DNA of 63,683 nt, counting the filler, from Choristocarpus tenellus KU-1152 (taxonomy: Eukaryota > Protista > Phaeophyceae): assembly GCA_964200185.2 (NCBI GenBank). It is 10 parts of 10 records of this genome, joined end to end, with 100 filler letters (N's around TTAATTAATTAA, not from the genome) between each part and the next. Parts side by side here need not be neighbours in the genome. Positions count along the whole stretch, not along the records: positions 29,336 to 37,419 come from CAXNAD020005173.1; positions 37,520 to 40,620 come from CAXNAD020022318.1; positions 40,721 to 47,305 come from CAXNAD020007809.1; positions 47,406 to 51,163 come from CAXNAD020018109.1; 6 more parts are not named here. The stretch is one strand, 5' to 3'. Shown in pieces: positions 35,881-49,519 of the stretch. A program made the translations under genes and the position numbers. The first letter of the stretch is position 1; the number at the start of each line of letters is the position of its first letter. The notes under the pieces were generated by a model, which did no database searches, was not told where the DNA came from, and was given only the letters and a program-made list of their open reading frames with translations.

Positions 35881-38800
35881 AAAAACATTGGAGCTAACGA
35901 AGAGCTCAGAGTCACTTGCCACCCTAGTGATTTCAAAGTATGTATGTATGAATGAATGAATTTCGAGCTGTAATGACTTGAACATCACTCAGTATGTTTA
36001 TAATTTGCATGACAATTTGCTTCTAGGTGCTACGTTGCCACACACTATTTTCAGTGCATAGATGCGAATGGATATGGATAGTGAGGGAAGGAAGCTGAAC
36101 ATTACCACTTCTGATCTCTATAGAATACCGCAGTTATCTTCGTCACATACTTTGAAATAACAGTGTGTTGCCTACAACATCGTATTACGCAAGATTTTTT
36201 CAAACTTTTCGTAATTTATAAAGACCCGCCTAGAAATCGATTACCCATATGTACGCTTCTGTCGGTAAAAATCATTTATGTCTTTGTGACCTGTACCTAC
36301 CCACACCAGTAGTAGTATTCAGATTCCCTGTATTGTAAGTAACAACACAGCAACAGTAGGTTACAGAAGAAATTGTTTGGGTTGTTTGAGGAGGCTATGG
36401 TCTGCACAAATATACATAGTGGATTCACGTACAAGTCACAAAGAACCCGCCATAAGCGGATCTTGTCCAATATATTCTATCCAAGCGACTGGCAGGGAAT
36501 TCAAAACTAAGGAAAACGCCACAGACTACGGCCCTGCCGGACAGCACCGAAAGACATAATAAATTGAAAATCGGTCCAACCATCCACTCAATACCGCTTA
36601 TGGTTAAACACAGGTAGAAAGGGAGGGAGAGGTGTCAGACAATGGTTACAAATATACACAGCGTTGTGCCTAGCGATAGCTGTTTTATAATACCCTACTT
36701 ACATTTGACCCCATCATACGTATTATATGCAAAGTCCACCCTTTTATGGGGGTTACGAAGGATCGTGGAACCCTTGAGGAAGCATATTTCACTCCGACCA
36801 GCCTGGCCAAGAGAAATCACTGAGCTGGAAATGTAACATGAGGGACCAGGATGAACCGTAACCGAGAGATGAACCAAGGCTAGACAAGGACAGGCCAAAC
36901 TGATGGATAAGTTGGACTGAAGACAGGAAGGCTCGAAGATAAAGAGTTTACCATGGAACCAGGGCTCTTAAAGAGACCTCACACGGACCGGTCAATGGAA
37001 AGAGACTACACACTCAATGGGTAGACACTGGTCCAAATGACATGACATGAATGGTACGACAGAAGACGGTATGAAAGTGGGCAAGTCCAGATGCATTATT
37101 TCTATATCAATTGATGTTTTGTAGATGTTGTCCTGGAGGGAGGGGATAAAAGCAACAAATTCAAACGAAAGTGGAATAAGTCATTTCCCTTGAACTAACA
37201 GTAGTAGCGGTAGTAGTATAATTGAAAACAAGCAAGATACATCTTTTAAGACCGAGTTGTGTTGTCAATTTTGGAGAAATTTATGGAATTCAAAGAATAT
37301 ATACAGCCACCTCAAAGTAATATTTCTTGTCTCTGACATTTTGAAAACAGGTTGTGTTTGGGAGGGGGGGGGGAAGCAAGATAAAAGGTAGAGAACACAA
37401 TGAACACAACAACAGAGTANNNNNNNNNNNNNNNNNNNNNNNNNNNNNNNNNNNNNNNNNNNNTTAATTAATTAANNNNNNNNNNNNNNNNNNNNNNNNN
37501 NNNNNNNNNNNNNNNNNNNAGACCGTTTTCGCAAAACAACCATCCTCATAGTCCCGCTCCATCCTCAATTTTGCGAATCCACTCTTTAATGGGGTTTACT
37601 ACTACCTAATTATTATAGATTACATTTAGCGCGAGTCTAAAAAATATCCTCCTCAGCAGCAGTCACTGACCTTATCCAGAACCCACAGTCTGGATAGGTC
37701 AAGCTGTTCTGAATCGACAAGCAGATCACCACACGAAGCACTATCAATATCATAGCAGTAGTAGTAGTAGAGGAGGGGGAGGGAGCTCACAACATTACAT
37801 TTTTTGCTCGGAAATATGAACTATTGTTAGCAGATGACCACAACAAGCAGTGACGGGATATTTAGTAAATTAATGCATATTGTATATAATTAACACAGAA
37901 GTAATGTAATACATGGACCGTATGACGTAGTATACAAGTACTGTTTTGTAGTTTTGATGTATTGTAGGAAGGGATTTCTTTCTTTGATGCAAGGGATTAT
38001 AGACTGTTACTTGTGTTCTCTTGCATGGTACTCTGGAGTATATTACTGCTCCTTCTTTCTCACACCCTACAGGATGGTCAGTTAGCGTGGGCAACAAAAT
38101 ATTTCGAGGTACGATAATACAGCCAAAAACATCACAAAGGATCATACACAGACACCTACCACTTCAACTAAACTCTATTTGAAAATCACGGGCAAGAACA
38201 CATTTATTCACTACTTTTCGCACTTGAGTCAAGGATGATCCTGGTCCTTGGTCAGAGACTATACATTACACTACTTCCTCTCACTGGTTGTTACACACCA
38301 CTGCGTACTATTCATACATACTCCTCTACACGTCAAAACCACCCACCTATATCCGTGCAGGTGGCGCGCACTTATTGTTGTTTGTATTGTGATGAGAAAA
38401 GAAAGAAGATGAACATCTCCAACCAACAGGAGCCTTACTGTCTTACCAGAACCAACCTGTAACTCTGAACATTGAAGAACTTGTGTTCTTCCCTCAGAGA
38501 AGGACGCTCCCAGCAGATTGATTTGTGGATCATCGTTAGGGTGGAAGCTTATCACAAGGTGTTGTTTGAGCTCGAAATGCTCAATGAGATGCCCTTCATT
38601 TCTCTTTGGTTCTGAAGCACAAATAGACCACGACCAGGTTTTCACTAAAAATAGGAATTGTGTGCACAGCCCATTCAACATCATTTTTCGTTATTTCTTG
38701 AGTTCAGAACAATTCCCTGGTCCAAGGAACAAACAAGCCGACCTACAACACTAACACATAGCCAATAAAAAGGCTTAGTTCGATTTTTGGAATTTGAGTT

Positions 38801-39440
38801 AGGGGACTGACCTTTTCCAGTCCAAAAATAATAAGACCAGCCTAAATGCAGATAACATGTTGTCAACATGTTTATACTACCCAGATAGGAACTACTCTCC
38901 TTGCTCTGACTGCTGTCTGAGAGGGGACTCTTCTCCAAGATCTAAACAGAACATTCAGACTCAGCACGGCATTCAACATGTATATATATATATATATATA
39001 TATGTTAACCAAAAAAAAGCCCTCCAGGAGTTTGGTGGAATAACCACCTCAAAATCGATGCCTTGCTTTCTTATTGCATACTACTGCAGAGACAGCGTCA
39101 GTAAATGGCACAATTCGCTCACTACAGTACCAAGATATACATACAGCACTCATCCGTTTAATATCATGAACACGTGTATACAATCTCCCCCTCCCACCTA
39201 AACGTACTTCCAACTCTGGGTGTGTGTCATACATTACAAATAATTAAAAGCGGATGAGATCGGCAAGACAGGTGAGTGCAAGAACCCACTCGCCCAAAAC
39301 TTAATCCACAAAAAACCCCACAGCTGCTCGCTTGATAGTAACCCTAACCCTACTGTCCTGACTAAAGTTTGAAAAAAAAGAGAACCATACATTATGCAAA
39401 AACAATCAAAACACTGGAACAAGTGGCTTTCACAATACCA

Positions 39441-39475
<35 letters not shown>

Positions 39476-40059
39476 ACACAACAAACGACGCGAAGAGCAC
39501 ANNNNNNNNNNTATAAAAAAAAAAAAAAACAAACAATAAAAAAAAAAAACCAAAAACCCCGAACAAGGGGGTTTCCCAAACCCCCCCCCCCCCCCCCCCC
39601 CCCCTGCCACAACAGGGAGTACATTGAGTAGTCAAATAAGCAAAAACAAATGGCAGCGCATCTTCATTCCCTTTCATTGTAAAGATGCATTATACGCACA
39701 GAGCAGAAGCAATATGGTGGGGGAGGGGGTCCCTGATCACAAGGAAGGAAGGGGCAACAAAAAGGTAGTGACCTAACAAACCTAATAATTGATCACGATC
39801 ACGAAGTGTTGCCCAGTAACTGTGCATACCCCTTGATGAAATCAAGCTGGCTGGCATCATGCGGTCAGTGTCCACTTGCAATAGCACCACTAGTACTCTC
39901 TCCTCTCCTGCAGAATCCCCCGTTCAAACTGCAATCAGAAAGAATGCAGGCACAAGGCAGAGACATCACATCTCATTCAAACACCCCTCTCACCACCCAT
40001 CATCATTTCCCATTCTATTTCGCATGCAAACTCAACCCCTTCCATCCACACCACACGTG

Positions 40060-40500
40060 CTAATCATCTCCAGGCCCTTCCTCAATCCCTCTCTCCGACA
40101 CAACCTCTTTAAGCTCAGTCGCAACCCCTTCTCCTTCCCCCACAGGCCCCTGCCCCCCCCCCCTCCCACCCCCCCCCGTGAGGCCCATCTTTCCCCCCGG
40201 CTCCTCCCCCCCGCCCCTTTGGAAGGAGGCACCCTCACTACAAACAAGATGCGAATCTCCTTCACCCAAACCATCCTGACACCAAATGCCATCGGCATTT
40301 CCTCCTCCTCCGTCTAAATGTCGGGGGATGGGACACCCCAGTGGTGCTACAGTTACAAGATACTGCGCGGGGAAGACAAAGGTAACCCTCCCCTGCTGAC
40401 GATCTCCCTTGCGCAGCAGCTGCTGCTGACCCCCACCATTGAAGTCAACAACAAACCTAAATCGGTTCAGGTCATATACACCAGGTCGAAAGAAACGTAC
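40060..40500 (-). CDS. Probable terminal exon of a TRAPPC8/Trs85-like gene
   Basis: Pyrimidine-rich acceptor ending at 40501. VRFFRPGVYDLNRFRFVV...FPAQYLVTV resembles the TRAPPC8 C-terminal F.PG.YDL motif, followed by a Gly-rich tail. Confidence 0.45.
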   Translation of the reverse strand, partial: VRFFRPGVYDLNRFRFVVDFNGGGQQQLLRKGDRQQGRVTFVFPAQYLVTVAPLGCPIPRHLDGGGGNADGIWCQDGLGEGDSHLVCSEGASFQRGGGEEPGGKMGLTGGGGRGGGQGPVGEGEGVATELKEVVSERGIEEGPGDD

Positions 40501-40794
40501 CTTGGACAAAAGAGACACAGCGGCAGCGGCAAGGACGGGGGGAGGGGGGGGGGGGGGGCCTATTGAAAAGGGGGCCAATGTTTTTTTTGGGGGGGGGCGG
40601 GGGAGGGGGGGGGGGGGGAANNNNNNNNNNNNNNNNNNNNNNNNNNNNNNNNNNNNNNNNNNNNTTAATTAATTAANNNNNNNNNNNNNNNNNNNNNNNN
40701 NNNNNNNNNNNNNNNNNNNNCACGCGATGCCCTGTGCTGCAGGTGAGCTATGCCTGTTTCCCGACATGACCCCAAAAGAACCTAACGGCCATGT

Positions 40795-42119
40795 ATGCCA
40801 AGGAGGGTGTGGTGGCCGGCTCCACGGCATCTGTGTGAAGTGAAGCCGGAGAGCGGCAACGAATTGCACCACATCTTCCCCACATGCGTTGCTGCCAAGC
40901 AGTCTGCCGACCAGTCCTCGCAAGCTGCCGCGGGCAAGCGCAAACTTGGTGCGGCATCTTCCTTGGGAGGGCCTGGAGCCGCCAAGAAAGCAGCATGCAC
41001 GTCCCGCGGACGGCTGTCTCTGGGGCAGAAGCTGGAACTTGTGGAACTGCTGGGCCAAAAGGTTGCTCACACTGAGATAGCTTGGAGGTACAGCTGCAGC
41101 ACGAGAACGGTGTCGAACATCGCCAGTAGCAAGGAACAACTGAAGAACCGGGGTGCCACAGCCTCAGCATGCGAGATCAACGCCAAGGCCATGAGAAAGG
41201 TGCCTCCGCATTATTCGGAACTTTCTTCCCACTTCCATCACTTGGAGACCATCGTCAAGAAATATAGCCTGCAGGAGGCCGCTTTCCACCTACAGAAGGC
41301 CAGGATGGCAATGATCAACGCGCATGTCTCTAAGCCTGTACAACAGACAGACATTAGAGCCTTTGCGAGCCTACCAGAGAGGGACATGTAGTGGAGAGCA
41401 GGGTGGTAGTGGTTCAGGCCTTAATTCCAGCTGTAATTTGTATTGGTTTTCAGGTGTATCGCTGGTGGTCCAGTTCGGTTACGGTTCGGTGTAGAAGTGA
41501 CGAGTAGGCTCAGGCATGGGCAGTCAGTCCTCCTGCTCTGCGCTCTGACGTGTGGTGAATTTTGAGTGCGGTGTGCGGTGATACGAGTACAGCATGAATG
41601 GATCGTCATCAGGGCTCTGAGCATAGCCGTACTCTGAAACGTATTGTGTATTGCAATGATATGCGTGAGATACAACAACACTACAGCAAGACCATACTGC
41701 TGTTATTTCCTTTCTGGATACAGTACGTACAGTACAGTACTGCTGCACGTTGCCCAGTACCACTGTCTATGCGGTATGACACAATGTGCATGGTACGGAA
41801 TGCGCTGCCACAAACACAACAGTTACAGCTTCATACAGCAGTACAGTACCTGAAACAAGCAGCCGCGACCATCCTCTCATCACACTCCATATTATCCACG
41901 TGGCTGCACACGTTGTTTTTGTGCGGTAGGCGATACTGCCGTACCTGGTATGTGTTTACGGTGTGTCATTACTCTGAAATACGCGTGTATGTATAGATGA
42001 TTTCCTCGAATAGTGCGGTGACCGCACTATTCAGGAACATTAACAAATAGTGCGTGGTCCCGCAATAGTGTGGCAAATGCTTCTTGTCACTACACCGTAC
42101 TAAAGTGGGACCCTTACTG
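40795..42119 (+). mobile_element. pogo/Tigger-like DNA transposon deletion derivative (HTH ORF 40795-41391; right TIR ends at 42119)
   Basis: RLSLGQKLELVELL...TEIAWRYSCSTRTVSNI is a psq/CENP-B-type HTH. C-terminal QQTDIRAF is PIP-box-like. No DDE domain. End ...CCGTACTAAAGTGGGACCCTTACTG|TA (CAGT terminus, TA target). Subterminal AATAGTGCG repeats and a perfect 12-bp-stem palindrome at 42008-42032. Confidence 0.8.
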
Positions 42120-42489
42120 TATAAATAAATGTCAGAGACGACCACTCCCGTCAATTACACACAACAAAAAATATATATATTTAGAACACACCTCGCAAAA
42201 GTAACTTTTGTTGGGAGGGGGGGGGCGAAATATACCAAGTACATAATTCCCCCATCATAATATTCAACGTAAAATGCTGCAAGGTGAAATAGTACAAGGG
42301 TTACAACTAGATGCATCACTCCGCTACAAAAATAGCACTATATAAGGATACGAATAGAGAGTCTTACAACTCAACTACAGTATTGATTGTCAGCTGATTT
42401 AAGCTACAACCCCCCCCCCCCCCTCCCGAGAAATGAGAGACAGATTGACTAATCTAGTCCTCACCCCAATCCTAACGCTAGCCTTAATT

Positions 42490-44912
42490 CACCTTTTCTA
42501 CCTTGTCGGCAGGAAGAACCTTGGCCATGATCCTCTCTGCTGACACCCCCACCTCCTCACCCAGGACAGCCACAGTCCTGTGATAGTCCCTGCTAACCAA
42601 CAACACTTTGTAACCCATGTCCTTAAAAGTCAGCATCACTTGCCGAGTGTCAAGATTATGCTTTATTATTAATGCGTAAAAGAAGATTCGGTAAGAAACA
42701 ATATAAGGATGAAGAGACAATGTTTGTGTTCTGAAGAATAGAAGATGTGTTGGGGTTTAAGAACTAGAATATGAAAGAATTCCAGAATAGGAAGCATTGT
42801 AGGGAGTAATCTGTGATTAGAGATTACTGACCCATAGAATAAGAACGATTTTTGGTAGGAAGGATCCCTCTTTTTGGACTTGGATACTAACTTCCACCTT
42901 CCGTACTTCATCCACAACCTGTTCTACGCAATAACGAATTGATCGAGTCATACACATACACAAATCTTGGAATCAACAGCTTGTTTAACACTGAGCCTCC
43001 TGTAGCAATGAGAAGGTAGTACACATATGTGAGCACTGTACACGTCAATGGTCATGGGAACCATGGTCAGTGGGAAGGGGAGCCAAGGCTTTCTCAAGGT
43101 CAACTGTGTGTAAAATTGGACCATGTGTAGAATATAGAATATCCAAAAGAGAGTATAAGGACTAATTCGTACTTGCAAACCGGGGTAATTCGTTGCTATG
43201 GACATCGCGACTTTTCAAAAACCTTTGAAGAACATTAGACTTGATAATGGAGCGGGGACGGGATCAGAAGGGGTGTGGGGGCTGGGGGGTGGTGCTGTTC
43301 ATCAGTTGGGATAAAGGTTGAAGATGAGCATCTCAAAAAAGCTTGATCCTCATGGTAATGACCGTGGATAAACCTCACCTCCACCACAAACCCAACTACC
43401 AACAATAGGAGCCACAAAATATAAGTAATATTGACAAACCCAAACCCAAACTCTGGAAAATGGGAAAAAAATCTCCAACTCCAAACCTACTTTCGAACCC
43501 CAACAACCTTAGCCTCCTCACCTAAATACCATCATATATTCCTTCTCCCCCTTCTCTTCCCACTCCGGAAGTTCCTATAGAGAGGCACATCATCCAAGGG
43601 GGGGTTGATATCTCGCCCTTTCGGGCATCAAGGCCTTTTTAAACCTCTGGCGATATGCACCATGCCTCTACCCAAAACGCAGTTTAACCCCCCCTTAGGA
43701 AGTGTGTGGCTAGAAGAGAAGACTAGGAATGATATGTAACACATTGGTAGCCAACAGCGTCTTGTACGGTGCTCAAAAACATGTGTACCACAAGGCAGTC
43801 ATAGGCGCCCTCAAACTCCAGGACATCTAACCTCCCGCTTAAATCGATTCCTTTATTCCCCCCACCAGACACAATTTAAAGAAGGCACAATACCCACCCT
43901 TCTTAACCGGTCCCTGACAGCAGCAACCCCAACAGGCATTCCATCCAAGGTCAACAACGCCATCATCTTTCAATTTAACTCCAGCCCCTGCACCCGCTAC
44001 AGTCACAGGGCCGATCCCTGAGCCTTTGCTTGGTCCGGGGGCAGGCTCAGAGGAGAAGGACAATGAGTTCAACTGCACCCGTTGTATGCAGTACATTACT
44101 GAGTCCCCATACATACATCGCCCAGGCTGTACATGCATGACACCCCACGTCTAGGTTCGTAGATGAAATCCGATACCTTTTCACTCACAATATATATTTT
44201 TTGTATTTCAGAATAGGTTGGAGAAGCATATTAGACCAGGAATAGCAACACGAAACAAACACCACCATAAACTCATTGGTAGGGCTAGCCCGTGGTTGCA
44301 CTATGCAGTAGTTCAGGGGGAGGGGGGGATGGATTACAGTATATAACCCATGATGTTTGGAGACAAAGCTAAAGGGAGGGCAAAGCTGTGAACAAAGCAG
44401 TTCGCAACAGGAAAACCACACAGAATATACACGCATATTTCGTACTCATATGTACCGTATGCAAGCTAGCTGGGGCAAGGAAAATAGGAGGACCAGAGAA
44501 TAAATGCACACAACGCTGTCCTTCGCCACTCAAGCATCAAAGTTAAGTTGAGGAGCATAAAGATCCATTCCTCATCCCCCCTCCCCCCCCAACAGCGACA
44601 AGGCACCTGCTCTAGGGCAAGGTCAGCCTCCACGCCTCAGTAACTATTGCCCTTCCCACAGGATATTTGCTTCCAGTCACACAACCAGCCGCGAGAATCA
44701 GCAACTCCTCTCAAAAGAGCCCTCCATTTCCACCCTGGTTCCTCACAGAACAGCCTGAACTGCCCTGATTTCAATCGAGGACACTTCTCTGTCACTCGAA
44801 TATTTTCCAGTGAGACCATCACTAGTAGACTGCATGGGGAGGGAAATAACATCGGGCACGGAGGGATTCCTGGTGGTAAAGGTGCTGACCTTGTCAAACA
44901 CCACAATCATCA
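42490..44912 (-). pseudogene. Decayed P1B (Cu-type) heavy-metal ATPase fragments
   Basis: In the correct order: IVVFDKVSTFT (for DKTGTLT), LAAGCVTGSKYPVGRAIV (for SEHP), NRLWMK, and MGYKVLLVSRDYHRTV...AKVLPADKVEKV (for GDN...EVLP.DK). In-frame stops are present. Confidence 0.7.
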
Positions 44913-46664
44913 TCTGATAAGGAGGTGTTAGGGTTGAAAAGAGGCGCATGTTAGATGTGTTCATGATAAAATGGCGTCTGGAAGAGAGGTAGTACTAAGT
45001 GTGCTTACTCACAAATGAATGAAAGGTACCTACTGTGGCAACAACTTTCTCGTTGTCATCACGGTGATGTATATACGTACGTGCATGTGTGATATGCCCA
45101 AACATCCAATGGTATGTGTCCCCCACAAAATACTGCCCTTATCGATAAGTGTGCACCAAAATGCATTGAACTCCTGGTGTAGGAGGACAGGACAGGAAAA
45201 GACAGGTGGTTGTGGAGGGCATGTGAATTAAAACAACCTAACAAAATGCAGTCCAGAGTCTAGACAGAGGGCACAAAGGCAGGGAATGATTACGACACTC
45301 ACTCCAAAGAGGAGTGTAAACAGAAAAAAGGCTGGGCCTCTGATATTTAGTCCAATCCTAAACAGAAAGAGGACTGCATCGGAAGGAACAGGGGGGAGTC
45401 ATTTACAACTGCTATAAATAGATACTTGTAAGTACAGAACAGATTGGTTCTAAGAAACATGATACGCAAGAGGTACAACATACTCCAGATTAGTTCTGTA
45501 GTATAATACATTGTATTTTCTACCTATACCGGGTATAATAGCACTGAATTCGAACAACACACACGTAATAGTGGGTAGACATGGTTGAAAATTACGTGTG
45601 CTAATCTCCCAAAGTCCTTCAAACATCAGAACCTCCGACCCCAAAGACTCAGCAACACCTCAAAGTCTCAAACCTTGAACTACAACATGAGAAAGCATTC
45701 GTAGCGATGGCTTTATTTAATGGGGACTTTGAGGGAGGGGGGGGGGGAACGCCAATTACACCCGAAAAATTAGTAATTTTTGCTGCCTTTTGAATCAGAC
45801 ATCGGCAAAGCAGTCTGATACCATGGCATCTACCACAATTGTTGTAAGTCATGTGATACATATATACATATTACCTTTAACGATTTATTGTGTAGTCGTA
45901 CTGTACCACCAATCAATCCTCAACCCTGTTTTTGATCGCTTTTTTTCCGGTACTGTGCAATATTGGCTAGTAGTCTATATGGTTTATAGTGTAAAAGTGA
46001 CTGACGTAGTTTGACTTGAACTTATAAGTGACTGACGTAGTGTAACTGTCACAAACATATTTCAAACATATTTCTGACGTGTTTGATGGCGAACGAATTA
46101 GATAACAAGGGAGAGCACCCCCCACCTTGAGGGTAGTGCTCACTCCGCTAATAAACAAATCCATACCACATAAAGCAAAATACTCTATCAGAGTAACTCT
46201 CTTTTGCATAGGTACCACTCAAGTACCACACTAGAATATATACTGTCGTGGTCGTACCGTATTAGATTCGGACCACGAAAGTCACGTGTACACAAGGTAT
46301 TGTTGCAGCGTGCCCCAGAAGCTTACCTCCACAGGATGTATAGCTCCAATCTACAGGCCTATAGATTATAGTGATACACGTATAGGACTCCTCATCCACA
46401 GGTCGTCAAGTATGCTGGATCTCTCACTTGGATTATCATCAACATCATCGTAAAAAAAGGAACTGGTCTACAATGTCTTATCACAATCGGGTATCATAAT
46501 TGACCAAATAATAAATAAATAGTCAAGAAGTACAAATATATCAAATCTAGGACTTCAAGTTCATAATGGCGTTTATGAAACCGCCATCAAGACATATCAC
46601 CTGTAACAGTAGACCCTCACCTGCTCCCATTCCTCAATGTACTTCCTGGGAAAGAGCAAGAAAT

Positions 46665-46874
46665 GAGCCAAAGTATCTTAGAGGGTAAAGCCGCGTCCAT
46701 TTGTGGGCCAAGATCCAATGTTGCAATTTTGATGTGATTTTGGCTATCATGTTTGTTAGGAGATGTCAATATTCTTGTTCCGGATACATCTATTAATAAG
46801 GTATACATTATACCTACTACGAAACATTTTGGAGCAGGTAAAATGTCATTGAAAACCCATGGGAAGCCAAGCCC
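46665..46874 (-). mobile_element. MITE family A, copy interrupted at 46875
   Basis: GAGCCAAAGTATCTTAGAGGGTA...GGGAAGCCAAGCCC is the reverse complement of family A; the last ~50 bp are missing. Confidence 0.85.
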
Positions 46875-47451
46875 TGTTAAGCTGTCCTTGACGATCTGTT
46901 GTCCCACACAACTAGTTATATTATTGTTTATTAACTTGTACCACAGTTGAGAAGAGAGTGAGATTATACCTTCACTAGGTGGGGCTCACCAGTCCTTACA
47001 CTTAATGACTCAGAATACCAAATGACTCAACGTATCTCTAGTACACGTCAGAAACACTCCGACTCTAATAGTCCGCCGATTACTTCTGGTCAAATACCCC
47101 GCCTAAATATCCCGAATGTTCCGCATTATCTTCTGTGCGTACATAAAATAATACTTCAGATCATATTCTCACAAATGGTCAAGCATAATCTTGACACACT
47201 CCCCTGCTCTGACTATGCAGTGAGAATCAAATCAGTCCAACAATAAAACCCAACTTGAAATCAACTTATCCTGTAAACTTCAAATCTTAATTCCACACAT
47301 GGACANNNNNNNNNNNNNNNNNNNNNNNNNNNNNNNNNNNNNNNNNNNNTTAATTAATTAANNNNNNNNNNNNNNNNNNNNNNNNNNNNNNNNNNNNNNN
47401 NNNNNGTAATTATTTTTTTCCCTGTTTGCTGTGCTCTGTGGGGGTAATGTT

Positions 47452-47721
47452 TTGGGGGGGGGGTGGGGGTGGGGGGGTCTAGCCCAGGGTGTCCATTCGG
47501 ACCCTGACCAGGTGTTGGAAAAATGTCCCATTTGAGTGTCTTTAGTTGTGTAGGGTTGGTCCTATTTTTTTATGAAATGTGGAATATCCCACACTTCGGA
47601 TGTGTCCTTAGCACTTGGATTTGTGTGGACTCTGTTATGATGTCAAGATCAAAATTAATTGCGACATGGAAAAATGGGCCCCGGACGGACAGCCACCACC
47701 ACCACCCAGATACTTTGACTC
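47452..47721. mobile_element. MITE family B copy
   Basis: G-run-TCTAGCCCAGGGTGTCCATT ... GCGACATGGAAAAATGGGCCCC ... CCCAGATACTTTGACTC; reverse-homologous to 48469-48649. Confidence 0.7.
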
Positions 47722-47854
47722 TTCAAGTCATACACTCTATATCGATTTGTCCAACCTCCCTGCCTTCTTTCTCTTTTTCAGAACATCAGCTAGTTTGCTT
47801 GTCTACCACAGCGAACTCTCAAGCTCACAAAACCCAGATACTTCATAAACTATC

Positions 47855-48350
47855 CCTTTGTATAGCATGCTCTCTGCTGATGATGCGGTCACTATCTCCA
47901 AGACCCAAGAAGGTTTGGCCAGGATGATGATAGTGGTTGTGAAGGTGGTCAAATCATCTGGTCTGACTGTATCGACATTTAAGACGGAGACTATGTGTTG
48001 CGACCTCCTAATCAGAATGCAGAACAGAACCAAAAACCATGCTCAGATCAAGGGACCGGACCAGATCTACAAGCTGATATATTTTTTTTTAGGGGAACCA
48101 TCAGTGACAAGGCCGCTATTGTTAATTTTGACATCAGTAAGAGGATCAGAAAGCTTGGAGATATGCTGTCGCAAATACAGCCTAGAGCTTCATAACAGGA
48201 TTTCAGTTGTCTCACTTGAGCTAAACATTTGAATGACTCCAAGCTGAAGTACTTGAAATTCTGTTATTATATGGTCGTATAAAGTGGACACTCCGCCAAG
48301 TTCATTATCTGCAGTTCCGGTCCTGTCTTCACAAAATCATCCTATCCTGT
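47855..48350 (+). mobile_element. Non-LTR (RTE/CR1-like) reverse transcriptase fragment
   Basis: SMLSADDAVTISKTQEGLARMMIVVV...GLTVSTFKTETM (degenerate YADD region). Confidence 0.75.
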
Positions 48351-48468
48351 AGTTTAGGTGTAAGAATATCAAAGGCAACAGTGTGTAGGTGTTACAGGCG
48401 ATGGGCCTTATTGGCGGTCTCATAAAGTCATTGTGGTCTTTGAAGTCCAAGATTATATATGTATATAA

Positions 48469-48649
48469 GGCTCAAAGTATTTGGGGGGGGGGGGGGCGGG
48501 TGTCCATTTGGGGTCCATTTTTTCCATGTCGCAATTTTTGGGTGATTTGGTTGCATACGTCGGATGGATAATGTAAGTGTACTTTTCCTGGTTTTGACCA
48601 AATGGACACCCTGGTGTAGACCCCCCACCCCCTCCAGGTACTTTGGGTC
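48469..48649. mobile_element. MITE family B copy
   Basis: GGCTCAAAGTATTTGGGG ... CTCCAGGTACTTTGGGTC imperfect TIRs. Its right end matches, in reverse, the copy starting at 51075. Confidence 0.7.
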
Positions 48650-49519
48650 TAATTGGGACTGGTATGTAGTATATTTCACGATGATTCGTTATGACACCAT
48701 CATTAAGTCTCAGCATCTACCTACGGGCTTGAGAGATGAGCCTACTGAACTGTCAACATGTGTGAACGCAGTGTTTGTAACATAAGCAGAACCTCCATTT
48801 TGCTGGGTCGGTTGCTTGCATGCCATGAGAGATGGGTGATACCCTAACGGGGAGCTTGTGTAGGTAAAACGAAAGTAAGGTGGGCAGGAGAATAACTGTT
48901 GAACACGCCTTGAACACGACCTTGACAACCTTGAGATTGGAATTCAGGGTTGGAGTATCAGGAACACTCACCAACAGGAGTGATATGAGTATTAGGCTGA
49001 GGGCACAAAAAGGCTCACGACCATATGGCACTCCAAGGAAGCTGTGATATGTCGTTTACATTAGACCTAAGCAGCAGCTAAGGTTCCCCAAGTCGCCAAC
49101 ATCACCATCGTCACTGTGTAGTACTGAATGCTGTTTTAGGGGGAGGGTTGATTTGTCTTGTACACTTTGTTCATTTTCTTTGTCCTCTTCCCCTTCTATT
49201 TTCTTCTGAGAAATCTATTCTTCTATTTATTTATTTTCTTCTGTGTTCCTTGACGTTTCTCATACGGTGTGATATGTCCAACAACGCATCTTGGACTGCA
49301 TTATCAACTATGGGAATTGGACTCTTCAGACGAATACTATGGATCAAAATAAAATAATGACGGTGTCTACAACAGTCTTACGACAGAGTATTTATGTTAT
49401 TTGTAGTGTAGAGTAGTACTAGAGAGCAGCAACATAAACAATAGAAGTACAAAATATAAAACTGTCCCCCTCTGATACGGAAGTTTATGAAGTAATCTGT
49501 GTTTTATGGGCAGGAGAAT

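Noticed and set aside
38441-38457. GSGKT P-loop-like peptide on the minus strand
   Set aside because: No supporting Walker A context or neighbouring exons.
48700-49070. Possible Copia RT/RNase H trace
   Set aside because: Too degenerate to call.
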